Positions 47,926 to 58,222 are shown, numbered from the stretch's first letter. The stretch: DNA of 64,000 nt from Candidatus Zhuqueibacter pondensis (GCA_034505955.1 JAPDQK010000031.1:2320-66319), one strand, 5' to 3'. The notes: generated from the letters alone by a model not told the origin. Numbers and translations are program-made.

Positions 47926-49004
47926 AATGCTTTATGACTTCCACGCCATCTTATCACCAAATCCACCACATCCGTGTAATTCTCCACCCCACCTTCCACT
48001 TTGTTCGCGCGCAGGTAAAGGTCATAGCCCTTTTGTGAAAGCCCGGCAACCCGACCCATATATTTTTCGATCCGGCTTTGCACCGAATCGAAATCGGCAA
48101 TAACCTCCGGACGGATGAGTCGTGTCAATGAATCCGTATTGGCAAAACGGTGGTAACGCGCCATGAAAGGACCGATCAGTGAAAAATATGCGGAATAATG
48201 CAACGCCCGGTTCGGACTGCGCAGGCAAACCAGCACCGCCAGAAAACTGGCCTCGGATTCCCTCGCAAAGCCTCTACCGTGCGCTTTTTCATGCGCCAGA
48301 ATAATCGGCATTTCCATCGGCAGCAGATGTGAATTGAGATGCACTTCATGAAAAAAAGGCCCGAAGATGCCGGAAGTCAACGTGTAATCCAATGTTGCCG
48401 GTATTACCGGAAACTTCGGCGGCCACCGGCCGGAAATGGGGGGCAAGCTCATTTCCTGATAAACTTTGGAATAGCTGCGTTCGATCTCGTCGTTGAGCTC
48501 CCGCAGATTCCACATCGACAAAGGCTGCCACGTTTCGTTGGCACTTTCGATGCACCAAAGAAGATTTTCTCGCAACGTCAAGCTATCCGGCTCGACTTTG
48601 GCAAGCTGAAGTTGCTGCTCGATTTTGGGCCGGAAGTAGTTGAAGCCCCAAGCAAAATAAAACCACAAAACGAGTACCGTAACACCGGCAAGCAATTCGA
48701 GCGCGCTGCGTAAAAAGCGTCGCCGCCAGATTCCGCGCACAATCCAAAACAATGCCGCCAGGATCGCCAGGTAAAGCGAAATTTCGGAAAGTGAAAATGG
48801 CAGGGTTGCGGACAACGAGGAAAGGACTCGCGTCAGCCATTTGTAAAGACCACGGCTGTACCACAATTCTACAAGCTGAGGAGAACGGGCAAGAAAACGC
48901 AGCAGGCCGAACAGGGTGATGCTCGAGAGGATCAGCCATGCCAGGGCGAAATGCTTTTGTAGAACAGTCTGAAAGCGGCGAATAAAGCTCATCATGACAC
49001 CCAA
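47922..49004 (-). CDS. DUF3810-like membrane metalloprotease-like protein
   Basis: 360 aa with N-terminal TM helices. The motif ILAHEKAHGRGFARESEASFLA resembles the HExxH-like signature I associate with DUF3810. Confidence 0.5.
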   Translation of the reverse strand: MGVMMSFIRRFQTVLQKHFALAWLILSSITLFGLLRFLARSPQLVELWYSRGLYKWLTRVLSSLSATLPFSLSEISLYLAILAALFWIVRGIWRRRFLRSALELLAGVTVLVLWFYFAWGFNYFRPKIEQQLQLAKVEPDSLTLRENLLWCIESANETWQPLSMWNLRELNDEIERSYSKVYQEMSLPPISGRWPPKFPVIPATLDYTLTSGIFGPFFHEVHLNSHLLPMEMPIILAHEKAHGRGFARESEASFLAVLVCLRSPNRALHYSAYFSLIGPFMARYHRFANTDSLTRLIRPEVIADFDSVQSRIEKYMGRVAGLSQKGYDLYLRANKVEGGVENYTDVVDLVIRWRGSHKAF

Positions 49005-49121
49005 ATGATGTTCACAGAGATTCCGAATTCAATCCTGAAAATACACAACCGGGATGAAATTGCCAAAGGAATTTTTTCAATTGGTGCCTTTGATAATCCC
49101 TCAGTCTCGGGTGGGGGCTAA

Positions 49122-49163
49122 CTGTCATTCTGGAAGACTGCGTCCGCAGGAATCTTTTTTCAA
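49122..49163 (+). repeat. Partial MITE family 2 core fragment
   Basis: ctgtcattctggaagactgcgtccgcaggaatctttttt matches the left core of family 2. Confidence 0.6.
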
Positions 49164-49489
49164 ACCAGCACTGTGCTTCATAGCAACAAGATACTTCCAG
49201 TATGACATGGATTGTACTCCACCGGTAAGTGAGGCATCACTGCCTTTGTTTTTTTTCTCCTTGACTTTTAAGCGCCGGAAAGATACTTTTTGATGAAAAC
49301 TGCCAAAGCCGAGACCTCGCGAATGTCGTTTGTTCAAGCTCTTCGTACCGCGGCTTTCACGCCGCGGCCGAAATTTTTTGAACACTGATGAGCGCAGCCC
49401 AACGCTGTTTTTTAATATGCGTTGATCTCGGAAAATCCGCCTCTCAAACTATTTGCGGTTGCGATGGTTTTTCAAGAGTTACTCTTCAT

Positions 49490-51175
49490 ATGAACCCTGC
49501 CAGCACAAATTTTTCCAGTCCTGATCCGGTTCACAGGTTTCGTGATTTGTCGTGCCGGATTTTGTATTGCGCGAATCACGGCTTTTTGCGCACCGACTTC
49601 CTGCGGGAAGTTTTAAAGCTGCTTCTGGATTTCTCCGGTGCTGATGCGGTGTTGTTGCATTTGAAGGAAAACAGCAAGTATTTTCTTGGCAAGTGCACAC
49701 GCCCAGAGTCAACTTTCAGCATCGAAATCGCACCGTGTGCCAACGCTGAAATCATTCCGGCCTCGGCAAATGATTCCGGGATGCAACGTTTGCGCCGAGA
49801 GGTTGCTGCAGGTCAATTTGATCCGGCCTCACCTTTTTTCACTTCCAAAGGCAGTTTTTGGACTGGCGACGCGGCAAGCGCCCTGCACACAGACAACGAC
49901 AGTCATCATCGATCGCTTGCCCTGATTCCGCTCATAACCAATGACGGAAAAAACGAAAGAATCGGATTGCTGGAATTGCGGAGCGCGCACCAAAACTTCT
50001 TTTCCAAAAGGGAAATTGAATTTTATGAAGGCATCGCTCAAATTCTCAGCGTGGCTCTGGCGCACCGGCGTGCACAAGTGAATTTGCGCGAGCGCGTCAA
50101 GGAGCTGACCTGCCTTTATGAAATCGCGCAGGTGGTCGAGCGACCCGGAGTGGAAATGGAGGAAATGCTGCAAAGCATTGTGGAGCTGCTTCCGCCGGCG
50201 TGGTTATATCCCGAGATCGCCTGTGCCAGGATCATCGTCGATGGTCGCGCATACTACACAACAGGATTTGAAGAGGTTTGGCACAAACAAACTGCGGACA
50301 TCATTGTGAATGGCGAGCGGCGCGGCGAAGTGGCTGTGGTTTATGTGGAACACAAACCGGAGCAGGACGAAGGGCCATTTCTCAAGGAGGAGCGCAATTT
50401 GATCGAGGCGGTGGCGAGGGAGTTGGCACTCCTGATAGAACGAAAGAAAGCCGAGGATGATAAAGTCCGGTTGCAAGAACAGCTCAGACATGCCGATCGG
50501 CTGGCAACCATCGGGCAGCTTTCTGCCGGCGTGGCGCATGAGCTAAACGAGCCGCTGGGAAGTATTTTGGGGTTCGCGCAATTGGCAAAAAAGTGTCCCG
50601 ATCTGCCCAAGCAGGCCGAACAGGACATCGAAAAAATCGTGCATGCTTCCCTCTATGCGCGGGAGATCATCCGCAAGCTCATGCTTTTTGCCCGCCAAAT
50701 GCCGCAGCAGAGGAGCCGTGTCAATTTGAATCAGTTGGTCATCGAAGCTCTTTCTTTTTTTGAATCGCGTTTCGCGAAGGAGGGAATCACGCTCGTGCGC
50801 GCGCTGGCGCCGGATCTTCCGGTGATCACTGCCGATCCTTCACAGTTGACCCAGGTTCTGGTCAATTTGGTGGTCAATGCCATTCAGGCGATGCCTCAAG
50901 GCGGCACGCTCACCGTCGGCACATGTTTTGACGAAGTGCATGTCATATTATTTGTGGCAGACACGGGCATCGGCATGAGCGAAGAAATCAGGAAGCAAAT
51001 CTTTGTGCCTTTTTTCACAACCAAGGAAGTGGGGCAAGGAACGGGTTTGGGCTTGTCCGTTGTTCACGGCATTGTGACTGCACATGGCGGTACGATCACA
51101 GTTGAGAGCGAAGTCGGTCGAGGCTCGCGATTCGAAATTCGACTACCGGTAACTTTATCAAGTGGCGCAAAATGA
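49490..51175 (+). CDS. Cytoplasmic GAF-domain sensor histidine kinase
   Basis: H-box AGVAHELNEPLGSI, N/G boxes (VNLVVNAIQAM, DTGIGM, GTGLGLSVV), two GAF-like regions upstream, no TM helix. Start set to the ATG at 49490. Confidence 0.8.
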   Translation: MNPASTNFSSPDPVHRFRDLSCRILYCANHGFLRTDFLREVLKLLLDFSGADAVLLHLKENSKYFLGKCTRPESTFSIEIAPCANAEIIPASANDSGMQRLRREVAAGQFDPASPFFTSKGSFWTGDAASALHTDNDSHHRSLALIPLITNDGKNERIGLLELRSAHQNFFSKREIEFYEGIAQILSVALAHRRAQVNLRERVKELTCLYEIAQVVERPGVEMEEMLQSIVELLPPAWLYPEIACARIIVDGRAYYTTGFEEVWHKQTADIIVNGERRGEVAVVYVEHKPEQDEGPFLKEERNLIEAVARELALLIERKKAEDDKVRLQEQLRHADRLATIGQLSAGVAHELNEPLGSILGFAQLAKKCPDLPKQAEQDIEKIVHASLYAREIIRKLMLFARQMPQQRSRVNLNQLVIEALSFFESRFAKEGITLVRALAPDLPVITADPSQLTQVLVNLVVNAIQAMPQGGTLTVGTCFDEVHVILFVADTGIGMSEEIRKQIFVPFFTTKEVGQGTGLGLSVVHGIVTAHGGTITVESEVGRGSRFEIRLPVTLSSGAK

Positions 51176-52518
51176 TGTCTCCGGCAAAAAGAGAGTGTAT
51201 TCTGGTGGTTGATGACGCCAGGGATACGTTGGAAGTGCTGCAAAGAAATTTGACGGCGCAGCGATACCAGGTCTTTACGGCCACGAGTGTCGTTGAGGCC
51301 ATCAATATACTTGATACGGCCGACGTTGACCTGGTCATCACCGACCTGAAAATGCCCGAGATCAGCGGCATGGACCTGATCCGTCATGTTCGTGAAAATT
51401 TCAAAGATACCGAAGTGATCATGATGACCGGTTACCCTTCGATTGAGGGGGCGGTCACGGCGGTCAAAAGCGGCGCCGAAGAGTATTTGACAAAACCGTT
51501 TACAGACGAAGAGTTGTTTGCGGCGGTACGGCGAACGCTCGACAAGCTGCTCATCCGTCGTGCCACGCAAGTGCAATCATATCAGCCGCCGGCAACGCCG
51601 CACGGCTTGCTTGGTGAATCGGAAAGCATGCGCCGGGTCTTGCGCGCCATTACCAAGGCTGCATCCACTTCCGCCACCATTCTCATTACCGGAGAGAGCG
51701 GCACGGGCAAGGAGCTGGTCGCGCGCTCGATTCATTACAGCAGCCCGCGTGCCGCAGCGCCGTTTGTGCCCATCAACTGCGGCGGCATTCCGGAACAACT
51801 GCTGGAAAGCGAACTTTTCGGGCACGTCAAGGGCGCTTTCACCGGTGCAGTGGAAACGCGCGCTGGTTTCTTTCAAACCGCCGATGGGGGCACAATTTTT
51901 CTGGATGAAATCAGCGAAACTTCGCTCGCAATGCAGGTCAAACTGCTCCGCGTTCTGCAGGACAAGGAGGTTTGCATGGTTGGTTCGACGCGCGCCCGAA
52001 AAGTGGATGTGCGAATCATTGCCGCCACCAACAAGGATTTGCTTGCGTTGGTGAAGAAAAACGCCTTCCGTGACGATTTGTTCTATCGTCTCAACGTCAT
52101 TACGATCGATTTGCCGCCTCTGCGCGAACGCAACCATGACATTCTGCTGTTGACGCAGCACTTCGTCAAAGTCTATGCCGAGGAGGCAGGCAAGCCGGTG
52201 CCGCGCTTTTCGGATCAGGTTCTCCAGATCTTCAAAAATTACGATTGGCCGGGAAACGTGCGAGAGCTGCAAAATGTGATTCAACGTCTGGTGGTGATGA
52301 CGGAAAGCGATGTCATTGATGTTCCCGACCTGCCGGCACTCATGCGTTTCTCAGCGCAACGGGGAACGGGTCTCCAACGAACCCTGGCTGAAATGGAAGC
52401 CGAACATATCCGCAACGTTCTCGCCAGTGTGAATGGCAACAAGACGCGGGCTGCGGAGATTCTCGGAATCGATCGCAAAACCTTGCGTGAAAAATTGAGG
52501 CATTACTCGATAAGTTAG
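51172..52518 (+). CDS. Sigma-54-dependent response regulator (NtrC family)
   Basis: Receiver (LVITDLKMPEISG), AAA+ domain with Walker A GESGTGKE and the GAFTGA sigma-54 contact loop, C-terminal Fis-type HTH (NKTRAAEILGIDRKTLREKL). ATGA overlap with the kinase gene. Confidence 0.92.
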   Translation: MMSPAKRECILVVDDARDTLEVLQRNLTAQRYQVFTATSVVEAINILDTADVDLVITDLKMPEISGMDLIRHVRENFKDTEVIMMTGYPSIEGAVTAVKSGAEEYLTKPFTDEELFAAVRRTLDKLLIRRATQVQSYQPPATPHGLLGESESMRRVLRAITKAASTSATILITGESGTGKELVARSIHYSSPRAAAPFVPINCGGIPEQLLESELFGHVKGAFTGAVETRAGFFQTADGGTIFLDEISETSLAMQVKLLRVLQDKEVCMVGSTRARKVDVRIIAATNKDLLALVKKNAFRDDLFYRLNVITIDLPPLRERNHDILLLTQHFVKVYAEEAGKPVPRFSDQVLQIFKNYDWPGNVRELQNVIQRLVVMTESDVIDVPDLPALMRFSAQRGTGLQRTLAEMEAEHIRNVLASVNGNKTRAAEILGIDRKTLREKLRHYSIS

Positions 52519-52581
52519 ATGCCCGCTCAAAGCTGCAGCGGCATGCGCTTTTGATTACAATTTGCGTCGAGGGAGGTCATC

Positions 52582-53700
52582 ATGCCTGTACAGGTAGGGC
52601 AAATCGTCGACCGCAAAGAGTTGAAGGCATTCATTTATTTGCCGGCGGCGATTCATCGTAACCATGCACTGTGGGCACCACCGATTTATCAGGAGGAGTG
52701 GCGTTTTTTCAATCCGCAGAAAAATCGGGCATTTTCATATTGTGATGCGACGCTCGCATTGGCACGACGCGATCACGAGCCTGTCGGGCGCATTATGGGC
52801 ATCATCAACAGGCGACACAATGAAATCACGAACCAAAAAACTGCGCGATTTGGCTACCTGGAATGCCTGGAAGATCAAGAAATCATCCACGCCCTGCTCA
52901 ATTATGTAGAAGCCTGGGCGCGGGACAAGGGGATGAACAAGATTGTCGGACCGATGGGTTTCACCGATCAAGATCCGGAAGGTTTCATGATCGAGGGCTT
53001 TGAGCATGGCCCAACGATCGCCACCTACTACAACACCCCGTCCTTCATTCACCTGCTTGAAGCCGAGGATTATACCAAGGAAGTGGATTATGTGGTGTAC
53101 AAAATAAAAGTGCCTGACCGCATTCCGGAGTTCTATGAAAAAATCTACAGAAGAATATCGAAGCAGCAGGAATTTACCCTGGTCGAGTTCAGCAGGCGGA
53201 AAGAGCTGAAAGCGTACATTCGTCCGGTGCTCGGCCTCTTGAACGAAACCTTTGAGCACATTTACGGCTTCGCCCCACTCGATGAAAAGGAGATGGAAAA
53301 CCTCGCCAGCCAGTATTTGCCAGTATTGGATCCGCGATTTGTAAAAGTCGTAAAAAGAGATCACCAGGTCATTGCATTTATTATTGGCATCCCGAATATG
53401 ATTGATGGGATCCGCAAAGCGAAGGGTCGCCTTTTTCCTTTTGGCATATTTCAGATCATCCGTGCCACAAAAAAGACCAAGCAACTGGATTTGCTGCTCG
53501 GTGGCATTAAACAGGAATACCGCGGGCGCGGCTTGGATGTATTGATGGGGCGCGCCATGCTGAAGTCGGCCATGCAAGCCGGATTCGAATACATGGACAG
53601 CCATCACGAGTTGGAAACCAATACGAGCATCCGCGCCGAAATGGAGCGTGCCGGCGGGCAGGTTTATAAACGCTACCGCATTTTTCAGAAATCACTCTGA
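52582..53700 (+). CDS. GNAT-like N-acyltransferase family protein (long ~370-aa form)
   Basis: The layout (conserved N-terminal ...LWAPPIY.E....FNP.KN..F, then VGRI..I... and GF.D.DPEGF.IEGF) matches a widespread long GNAT-like family. No catalytic residues could be verified. Confidence 0.5.
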   Translation: MPVQVGQIVDRKELKAFIYLPAAIHRNHALWAPPIYQEEWRFFNPQKNRAFSYCDATLALARRDHEPVGRIMGIINRRHNEITNQKTARFGYLECLEDQEIIHALLNYVEAWARDKGMNKIVGPMGFTDQDPEGFMIEGFEHGPTIATYYNTPSFIHLLEAEDYTKEVDYVVYKIKVPDRIPEFYEKIYRRISKQQEFTLVEFSRRKELKAYIRPVLGLLNETFEHIYGFAPLDEKEMENLASQYLPVLDPRFVKVVKRDHQVIAFIIGIPNMIDGIRKAKGRLFPFGIFQIIRATKKTKQLDLLLGGIKQEYRGRGLDVLMGRAMLKSAMQAGFEYMDSHHELETNTSIRAEMERAGGQVYKRYRIFQKSL

Positions 53701-54024
53701 ATCGCTTCTGTAACGTGCAATACTGCCGCAATCAAATCTTCGGACACTTGTGTCACAGATTTGTGCTGACATATATTTGCAATGATCTGCCAAAAGCTGT
53801 GTCCTAAAATTTTTTTAGTTTTATAGTTTTTCCAGGGTAATGCTCAGTACTCACGTTCTGGGGAATTCCGCCCCGCTGGTTCAAACCTCCCCAACATTTT
53901 TGCTCAATTTCCCCCAAAGAGCTTGTCATCAGCTTTTAATTTGGTGAATTTTTCTCTCTGATTTTTTGTGACTTATCGCGGTCGGATCCTCTCTTTATCG
54001 ATTGACAGCTGCTCGAGGTACCCG

Positions 54025-54040
54025 TGGCACGGGAATCGCG
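54025..54040 (+). promoter_or_regulatory. Sigma-54 (-24/-12) promoter
   Basis: TGGCACgggaaTCGCg has GG (54026-27) and GC (54038-39) separated by exactly 10 nt. It matches TGGCAC-N5-TTGC except for one base. It lies about 40 nt upstream of the ATG at 54080 and downstream of an NtrC-family activator gene. Confidence 0.6.
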
Positions 54041-54079
54041 TTGTTCTCCCAGTGGTATGACCGAAAAATGGAGGTCATT

Positions 54080-54457
54080 ATGCATACCACCCAACCGATG
54101 AGCAGGAGCAGTGAGGCAATATCGGCACGACAAAAACCGCCGACAAAAACCTCAGAGCCTTCTGTGGTTTCATCGAAAGAGAAATATCCTGGCATCTGCA
54201 AAATATGCCAATCTGCTCCAGGCTGTATTTTTAGAGAACAGTCCACGGGGCCAATCTTGCAATGCGATGAGTTCCGTGGATACACCGTCATTTCGGAGAA
54301 ATCGACTGTCAAAACTTCTTTGCCGGCAATTGAAGTCGTCAGCGCAGCAAAGGCTGCGGGTACCTACTTGGGTCTGTGCAGTAATTGCAAAGTTCGTGAA
54401 AATTGCATCTATCCCAAACCCGAAGGGGGTGTTTGGCATTGCGAGATGTATGAATGA
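54080..54457 (+). CDS. Cys-rich small protein with an internally duplicated 4-Cys module
   Basis: 125 aa from the ATG at 54080, with a GGAGG RBS 5 nt upstream. Two repeats: YPGICKICQSAPGCIF...GPILQCDEF and YLGLCSNCKVRENCIY...GGVWHCEMYE. The ORF-track start at 54002 would overlap the promoter. Confidence 0.55.
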   Translation: MHTTQPMSRSSEAISARQKPPTKTSEPSVVSSKEKYPGICKICQSAPGCIFREQSTGPILQCDEFRGYTVISEKSTVKTSLPAIEVVSAAKAAGTYLGLCSNCKVRENCIYPKPEGGVWHCEMYE

Positions 54458-54493
54458 ATCATCCGTGCATGATGTTTGCGTGGAAAAGACAAG

Positions 54494-55342
54494 ATGAATA
54501 CAGAAACCATCCTGAACGTCGTCGGAAAACATCGCGGGGAGCGCGGTGCGCTGATCGCGATCCTTCAAGACATCCAGTCGAAATATGGCTATCTTCCCGC
54601 GGAGGCGCTAAAGATTGTCGCCAGCGAAACCGGTCACACGATGGTCGACATTTATGGGATTGCGACTTTTTATCGCTCCTTCCGCTTGAAACCCCGGGGT
54701 AAACACATGGTTTCCGTTTGCCTCGGCACTGCCTGCCATGTGCGCGGCGGACCGATCATCGCTGAGGAATTTGAGCGGCAATTGGACACCCGGGTTGGCG
54801 GAACGACGACAGACAAGGAGTTTTCCTTGGAGACCGTCAACTGTTTGGGTGCCTGCGCGTTGGGCCCGATTGTTGTCATTGATGGCCATTATTTCTCGAA
54901 TGTCGATACCGCCAAAGTCAAGCAGCTTGTAAGAAAGGCACGGGCCGGACTGGATAAAGTCGGGATGAAAGGCGAACAAACAATTTTTCCTGTTGAAGTG
55001 AGCTGCCCGCGTTGCAATCACAGTTTGATGAATGCAAAGCACCTGCTCGACGGTTACCCTGTGATCCATGTGACGATATCATTCGGGCATCAACACGGGT
55101 GGTTGAGGTTGTCCAGTCTGTACGGTAGTTACACCATCGAATCCGAACATGAAATCCCAATGGATGCGGTAGTCAATATCTTCTGTCCTCATTGCCATGC
55201 CGAGCTGGTTGGCGCCTCGAATTGCACCGAGTGCGAGGCGCCGATGGTGCCGATGATTGTTCGCGGCGGCGGCATCGTGCAGATTTGCTCACGCCGCGGC
55301 TGCAAATCACACATGCTGGATTTGAATGGCGTGAATTTGTGA
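54494..55342 (+). CDS. NuoE/HydC-like [2Fe-2S] thioredoxin-like subunit with C-terminal 4x CxxC extension
   Basis: NuoE core (LPAEALKIVA...IATFYRSFRLKP.GKH...VCLGTACHVRG...VNCLGACALGP). About 115 extra C-terminal residues carry CPRC, CPHC, CTEC and CSRRGC. Confidence 0.85.
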   Translation: MNTETILNVVGKHRGERGALIAILQDIQSKYGYLPAEALKIVASETGHTMVDIYGIATFYRSFRLKPRGKHMVSVCLGTACHVRGGPIIAEEFERQLDTRVGGTTTDKEFSLETVNCLGACALGPIVVIDGHYFSNVDTAKVKQLVRKARAGLDKVGMKGEQTIFPVEVSCPRCNHSLMNAKHLLDGYPVIHVTISFGHQHGWLRLSSLYGSYTIESEHEIPMDAVVNIFCPHCHAELVGASNCTECEAPMVPMIVRGGGIVQICSRRGCKSHMLDLNGVNL

Positions 55343-55447
55343 CGGTCGCGAGGTTTAATTCCTTTGATCACGCAAATTTCAACATTCATTGATGATATTG
55401 GACCTTCATATATTGTCTGAGACTGTTTGACCAATCCGCGTTCAAGC

Positions 55448-57310
55448 ATGCACAAATTAAAATCACTGGAGGAGTTCAACGCACTCCAAAAACGGCTGAT
55501 CGCCGAACAAGACTCCAGCGTGCCGACCATCATCATTTCGGCGGGCACATGCGGACAAGCGAGCGGCGCCAATGATCTCATTCGCCTCACCAAACGTGAG
55601 CTGCTCCTCAAAGAGCTGACGGATAAAGTCCACTTGCGCATCACCGGCTGCCATGGATTCTGCGAGATGGAGCCCTCGGTGCTCGTCGAGCCGCAGCGAA
55701 TCTTTTATCCCAATGTTGTTCCCCGCGACATGGCACGAATTGTCAATGCCGTCGCTCGCGGTGAGGTGCTGGAAGATTTGCTGTTCAAAGATGAAAAAAC
55801 CGGAGACCGCATCAAATGTCAGGACGATTTGCCGTTCTTTCGGAAGCAAGTTCGGACCATTCTCGCGCGCAACGAGAAAATCGATCCCATCCGCATTTAC
55901 AATTACATTGAAAATGGCGGCTACGCGGCCATGTGCAAAACGGTTCAAACGGGTAATCCCGAATGGGTGATCAATGAGGTGAAGGCCTCGGGATTGCGTG
56001 GGCGTGGTGGCGCCGGATTTCCCACCGGCTTGAAGTGGGAATTGCTGGCCAGGCAACGAAGTGGTAATGGCAAATTTCTCGTGTGTAACGCGGATGAGGG
56101 CGATCCCGGTGCGTACATGGACCGCAGCGTGCTCGAAGGCAATCCACACAGCATCATCGAGGGCATGCTTATCGGTGCCTACGCCACGGGCGCGACCGAA
56201 GGTGTGATTTACGTCCGCACTGAATATCCACTCGCCATTAAACATTTGATCATTGCATTACGGCAGGCGCACGAGTTGGGCCTGCTCGGCGAAAATATTC
56301 TGGGAACGGGCTTTTCATTTGATATTCATCTCGTGCGCGGCGCCGGCGCTTTCGTCTGCGGTGAAGAAACCGCGCTGATGCGCTCGGTTGAAGGTAAAAT
56401 CGGCGAGCCGCGCCAGCGGCCACCGTATCCGGTGCAGCGAGGGATCGAGGGCAAGCCGACAGCGATCAATAATGTTGAAACCTGGGCCAACATTCCCATC
56501 ATCATCGAGCGCGGCGGTGCGGAATTCGCCAAGGTTGGAACGCCAAACAATTCCGGCACCAAAATTTTCAGCCTCGTCGGCAAAGTCAAATACACCGGCC
56601 TGGTCGAAGTGCCGATGGGTATGACCATCGGGGAGATCGTCAATGATATTGGCGGGGGGCCGATCAACAACGCGAAAATCAAGGCGGTACAGACCGGCGG
56701 ACCTTCCGGCGGCTGCATTCCCACCGAACGCTTTGATCTGCCCATTGATTACGACAGCTTATCGCAAGCCGGCTCGATCATGGGTTCCGGCGGCATGATC
56801 GTGATGGATGATCACACCTGCATGGTCGATGTCGCGAAGTATTTTATGAACTTCTTGAAGGATGAGTCGTGCGGCAAGTGTTTCACCTGCCGCAAAGGCA
56901 CGCAGCGCATGCATGAGATTCTCGATGATATTTCGAAAGGGAAAGGCACGCTGGCGCAGCTGCAACTGCTCGAAGAGCTTGCGCTGGTCGTGAAAGACAC
57001 CACCATGTGCGGTTTGGGGCAGACGGCATCGAACCCGGTGCTGTCCACGCTGCGTTATTTCCGCGAGGAATATCTGGACCACATTCAGCACAAGCACTGC
57101 CCCGCCGGTGTATGCCGCGAGCTGATCACCTATTTTATTACCGAAAACTGTACCGGCTGTCAAATCTGCTTCCGCGGTTGCCCGGCGCATGCCATCCTCG
57201 GGAAAAAACAGGAACGTCACGTGATCGACACCAGCAAATGCATCAAATGCGGAAATTGCAAAACCGTCTGCAAGTTCGATGCGGTTGAGACGAGAGCGCA
57301 GTTTACTTAG
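55448..57310 (+). CDS. NuoF/HydB-like NAD(H)-binding FMN/Fe-S subunit with extra N-terminal [2Fe-2S] and C-terminal 2x[4Fe-4S] domains
   Basis: GRGGAGFPTGLKW (FMN/NADH site) and SCGKCFTCRKG (N3-type cluster). N-terminal Trx-like region with CGQ...CHGFC. C-terminal CTGCQICFRGCP and CIKCGNCKTVC ferredoxin motifs. Confidence 0.9.
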   Translation: MHKLKSLEEFNALQKRLIAEQDSSVPTIIISAGTCGQASGANDLIRLTKRELLLKELTDKVHLRITGCHGFCEMEPSVLVEPQRIFYPNVVPRDMARIVNAVARGEVLEDLLFKDEKTGDRIKCQDDLPFFRKQVRTILARNEKIDPIRIYNYIENGGYAAMCKTVQTGNPEWVINEVKASGLRGRGGAGFPTGLKWELLARQRSGNGKFLVCNADEGDPGAYMDRSVLEGNPHSIIEGMLIGAYATGATEGVIYVRTEYPLAIKHLIIALRQAHELGLLGENILGTGFSFDIHLVRGAGAFVCGEETALMRSVEGKIGEPRQRPPYPVQRGIEGKPTAINNVETWANIPIIIERGGAEFAKVGTPNNSGTKIFSLVGKVKYTGLVEVPMGMTIGEIVNDIGGGPINNAKIKAVQTGGPSGGCIPTERFDLPIDYDSLSQAGSIMGSGGMIVMDDHTCMVDVAKYFMNFLKDESCGKCFTCRKGTQRMHEILDDISKGKGTLAQLQLLEELALVVKDTTMCGLGQTASNPVLSTLRYFREEYLDHIQHKHCPAGVCRELITYFITENCTGCQICFRGCPAHAILGKKQERHVIDTSKCIKCGNCKTVCKFDAVETRAQFT

Positions 57311-57550
57311 GTTTACTTATACAGTCAAAGTTAGAAAAAACTCTGAGAGTTTTATACTCCCCAACTGATAGATGAACCCGACTGTTTAAAACCATCCATT
57401 GGGTTCATCCATCAATTGAAAACGCTTTACACGCTAATTTTTTTCTTTTTGAGCATAGATTTCAAAAGACAAAATAATTTTTGACAAAATGATTTAAAAT
57501 TTTTTTGTCTTTGAAATTGATAACGGTTATCCCACGCTGGATATATTGCA

Positions 57551-58222
57551 ATGATCACTCTTGTCATCAATGGTTTGCCTGTTAGGGTCGAAGAAGGCAC
57601 AACTCTGCTCGAAGCGGCAAAATTCATCGGCTTCCCGATTCCGACGCTGTGCCACCTGGAAGGTCTTTCGCCATACGGCGCCTGCCGGCTATGCGTGGTG
57701 GAAATCGGCGAAGGCCCGAAAGCGAAATTGGTTTCTTCATGCACCTATCCCGCTGAAGAAGGGTTGAAAGTACGAACGGCGTCAGCAAGAGTCGTGCGTG
57801 CGCGCAAAATGATTCTCGAGTTGCTGCTGGCCTCGTGCCCACAGTCGAAAACGATTCAGGACCTCGCCGCAGCCCATGAAGTGCGTCAACAGCGCTTTCG
57901 GCAGGAATATGAAGACTGCATTCTCTGCGGCTTGTGTGTGCGCATGTGCGCCGCGCAGATGATGGCCAATGCCATCGGCTTCCGTGGTCGCGGCGAGCAT
58001 CGCAGCATCGGCACCCCGTTCGACATCAAATCCGAGCGTTGCCGGTTGTGCGGCGGCTGCATGTATATTTGTCCGGCTTGCCAACTCCGCTGTACCTACA
58101 CCGAGCCGGAAAAGGCCATTTGTGGAGCCTGCGCCAATCTCAGCCCACCGTGTCTTCTGAAAAAGCAATTTGATGATATGATGTGTTACATGGAACCGTG
58201 CGTGGCTTGTGAGATAAAGTAG
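57551..58222 (+). CDS. NuoG/HydA N-terminal-like [2Fe-2S] plus [4Fe-4S] ferredoxin protein, no catalytic domain
   Basis: MITLVINGLPVRVEEGTTLLEAA...PTLCHLEGLSPYGACRLCVVEI (2Fe-2S). CILCGLCVRMC and CRLCGGCMYICPAC (4Fe-4S). Only 223 aa. Confidence 0.8.
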   Translation: MITLVINGLPVRVEEGTTLLEAAKFIGFPIPTLCHLEGLSPYGACRLCVVEIGEGPKAKLVSSCTYPAEEGLKVRTASARVVRARKMILELLLASCPQSKTIQDLAAAHEVRQQRFRQEYEDCILCGLCVRMCAAQMMANAIGFRGRGEHRSIGTPFDIKSERCRLCGGCMYICPACQLRCTYTEPEKAICGACANLSPPCLLKKQFDDMMCYMEPCVACEIK

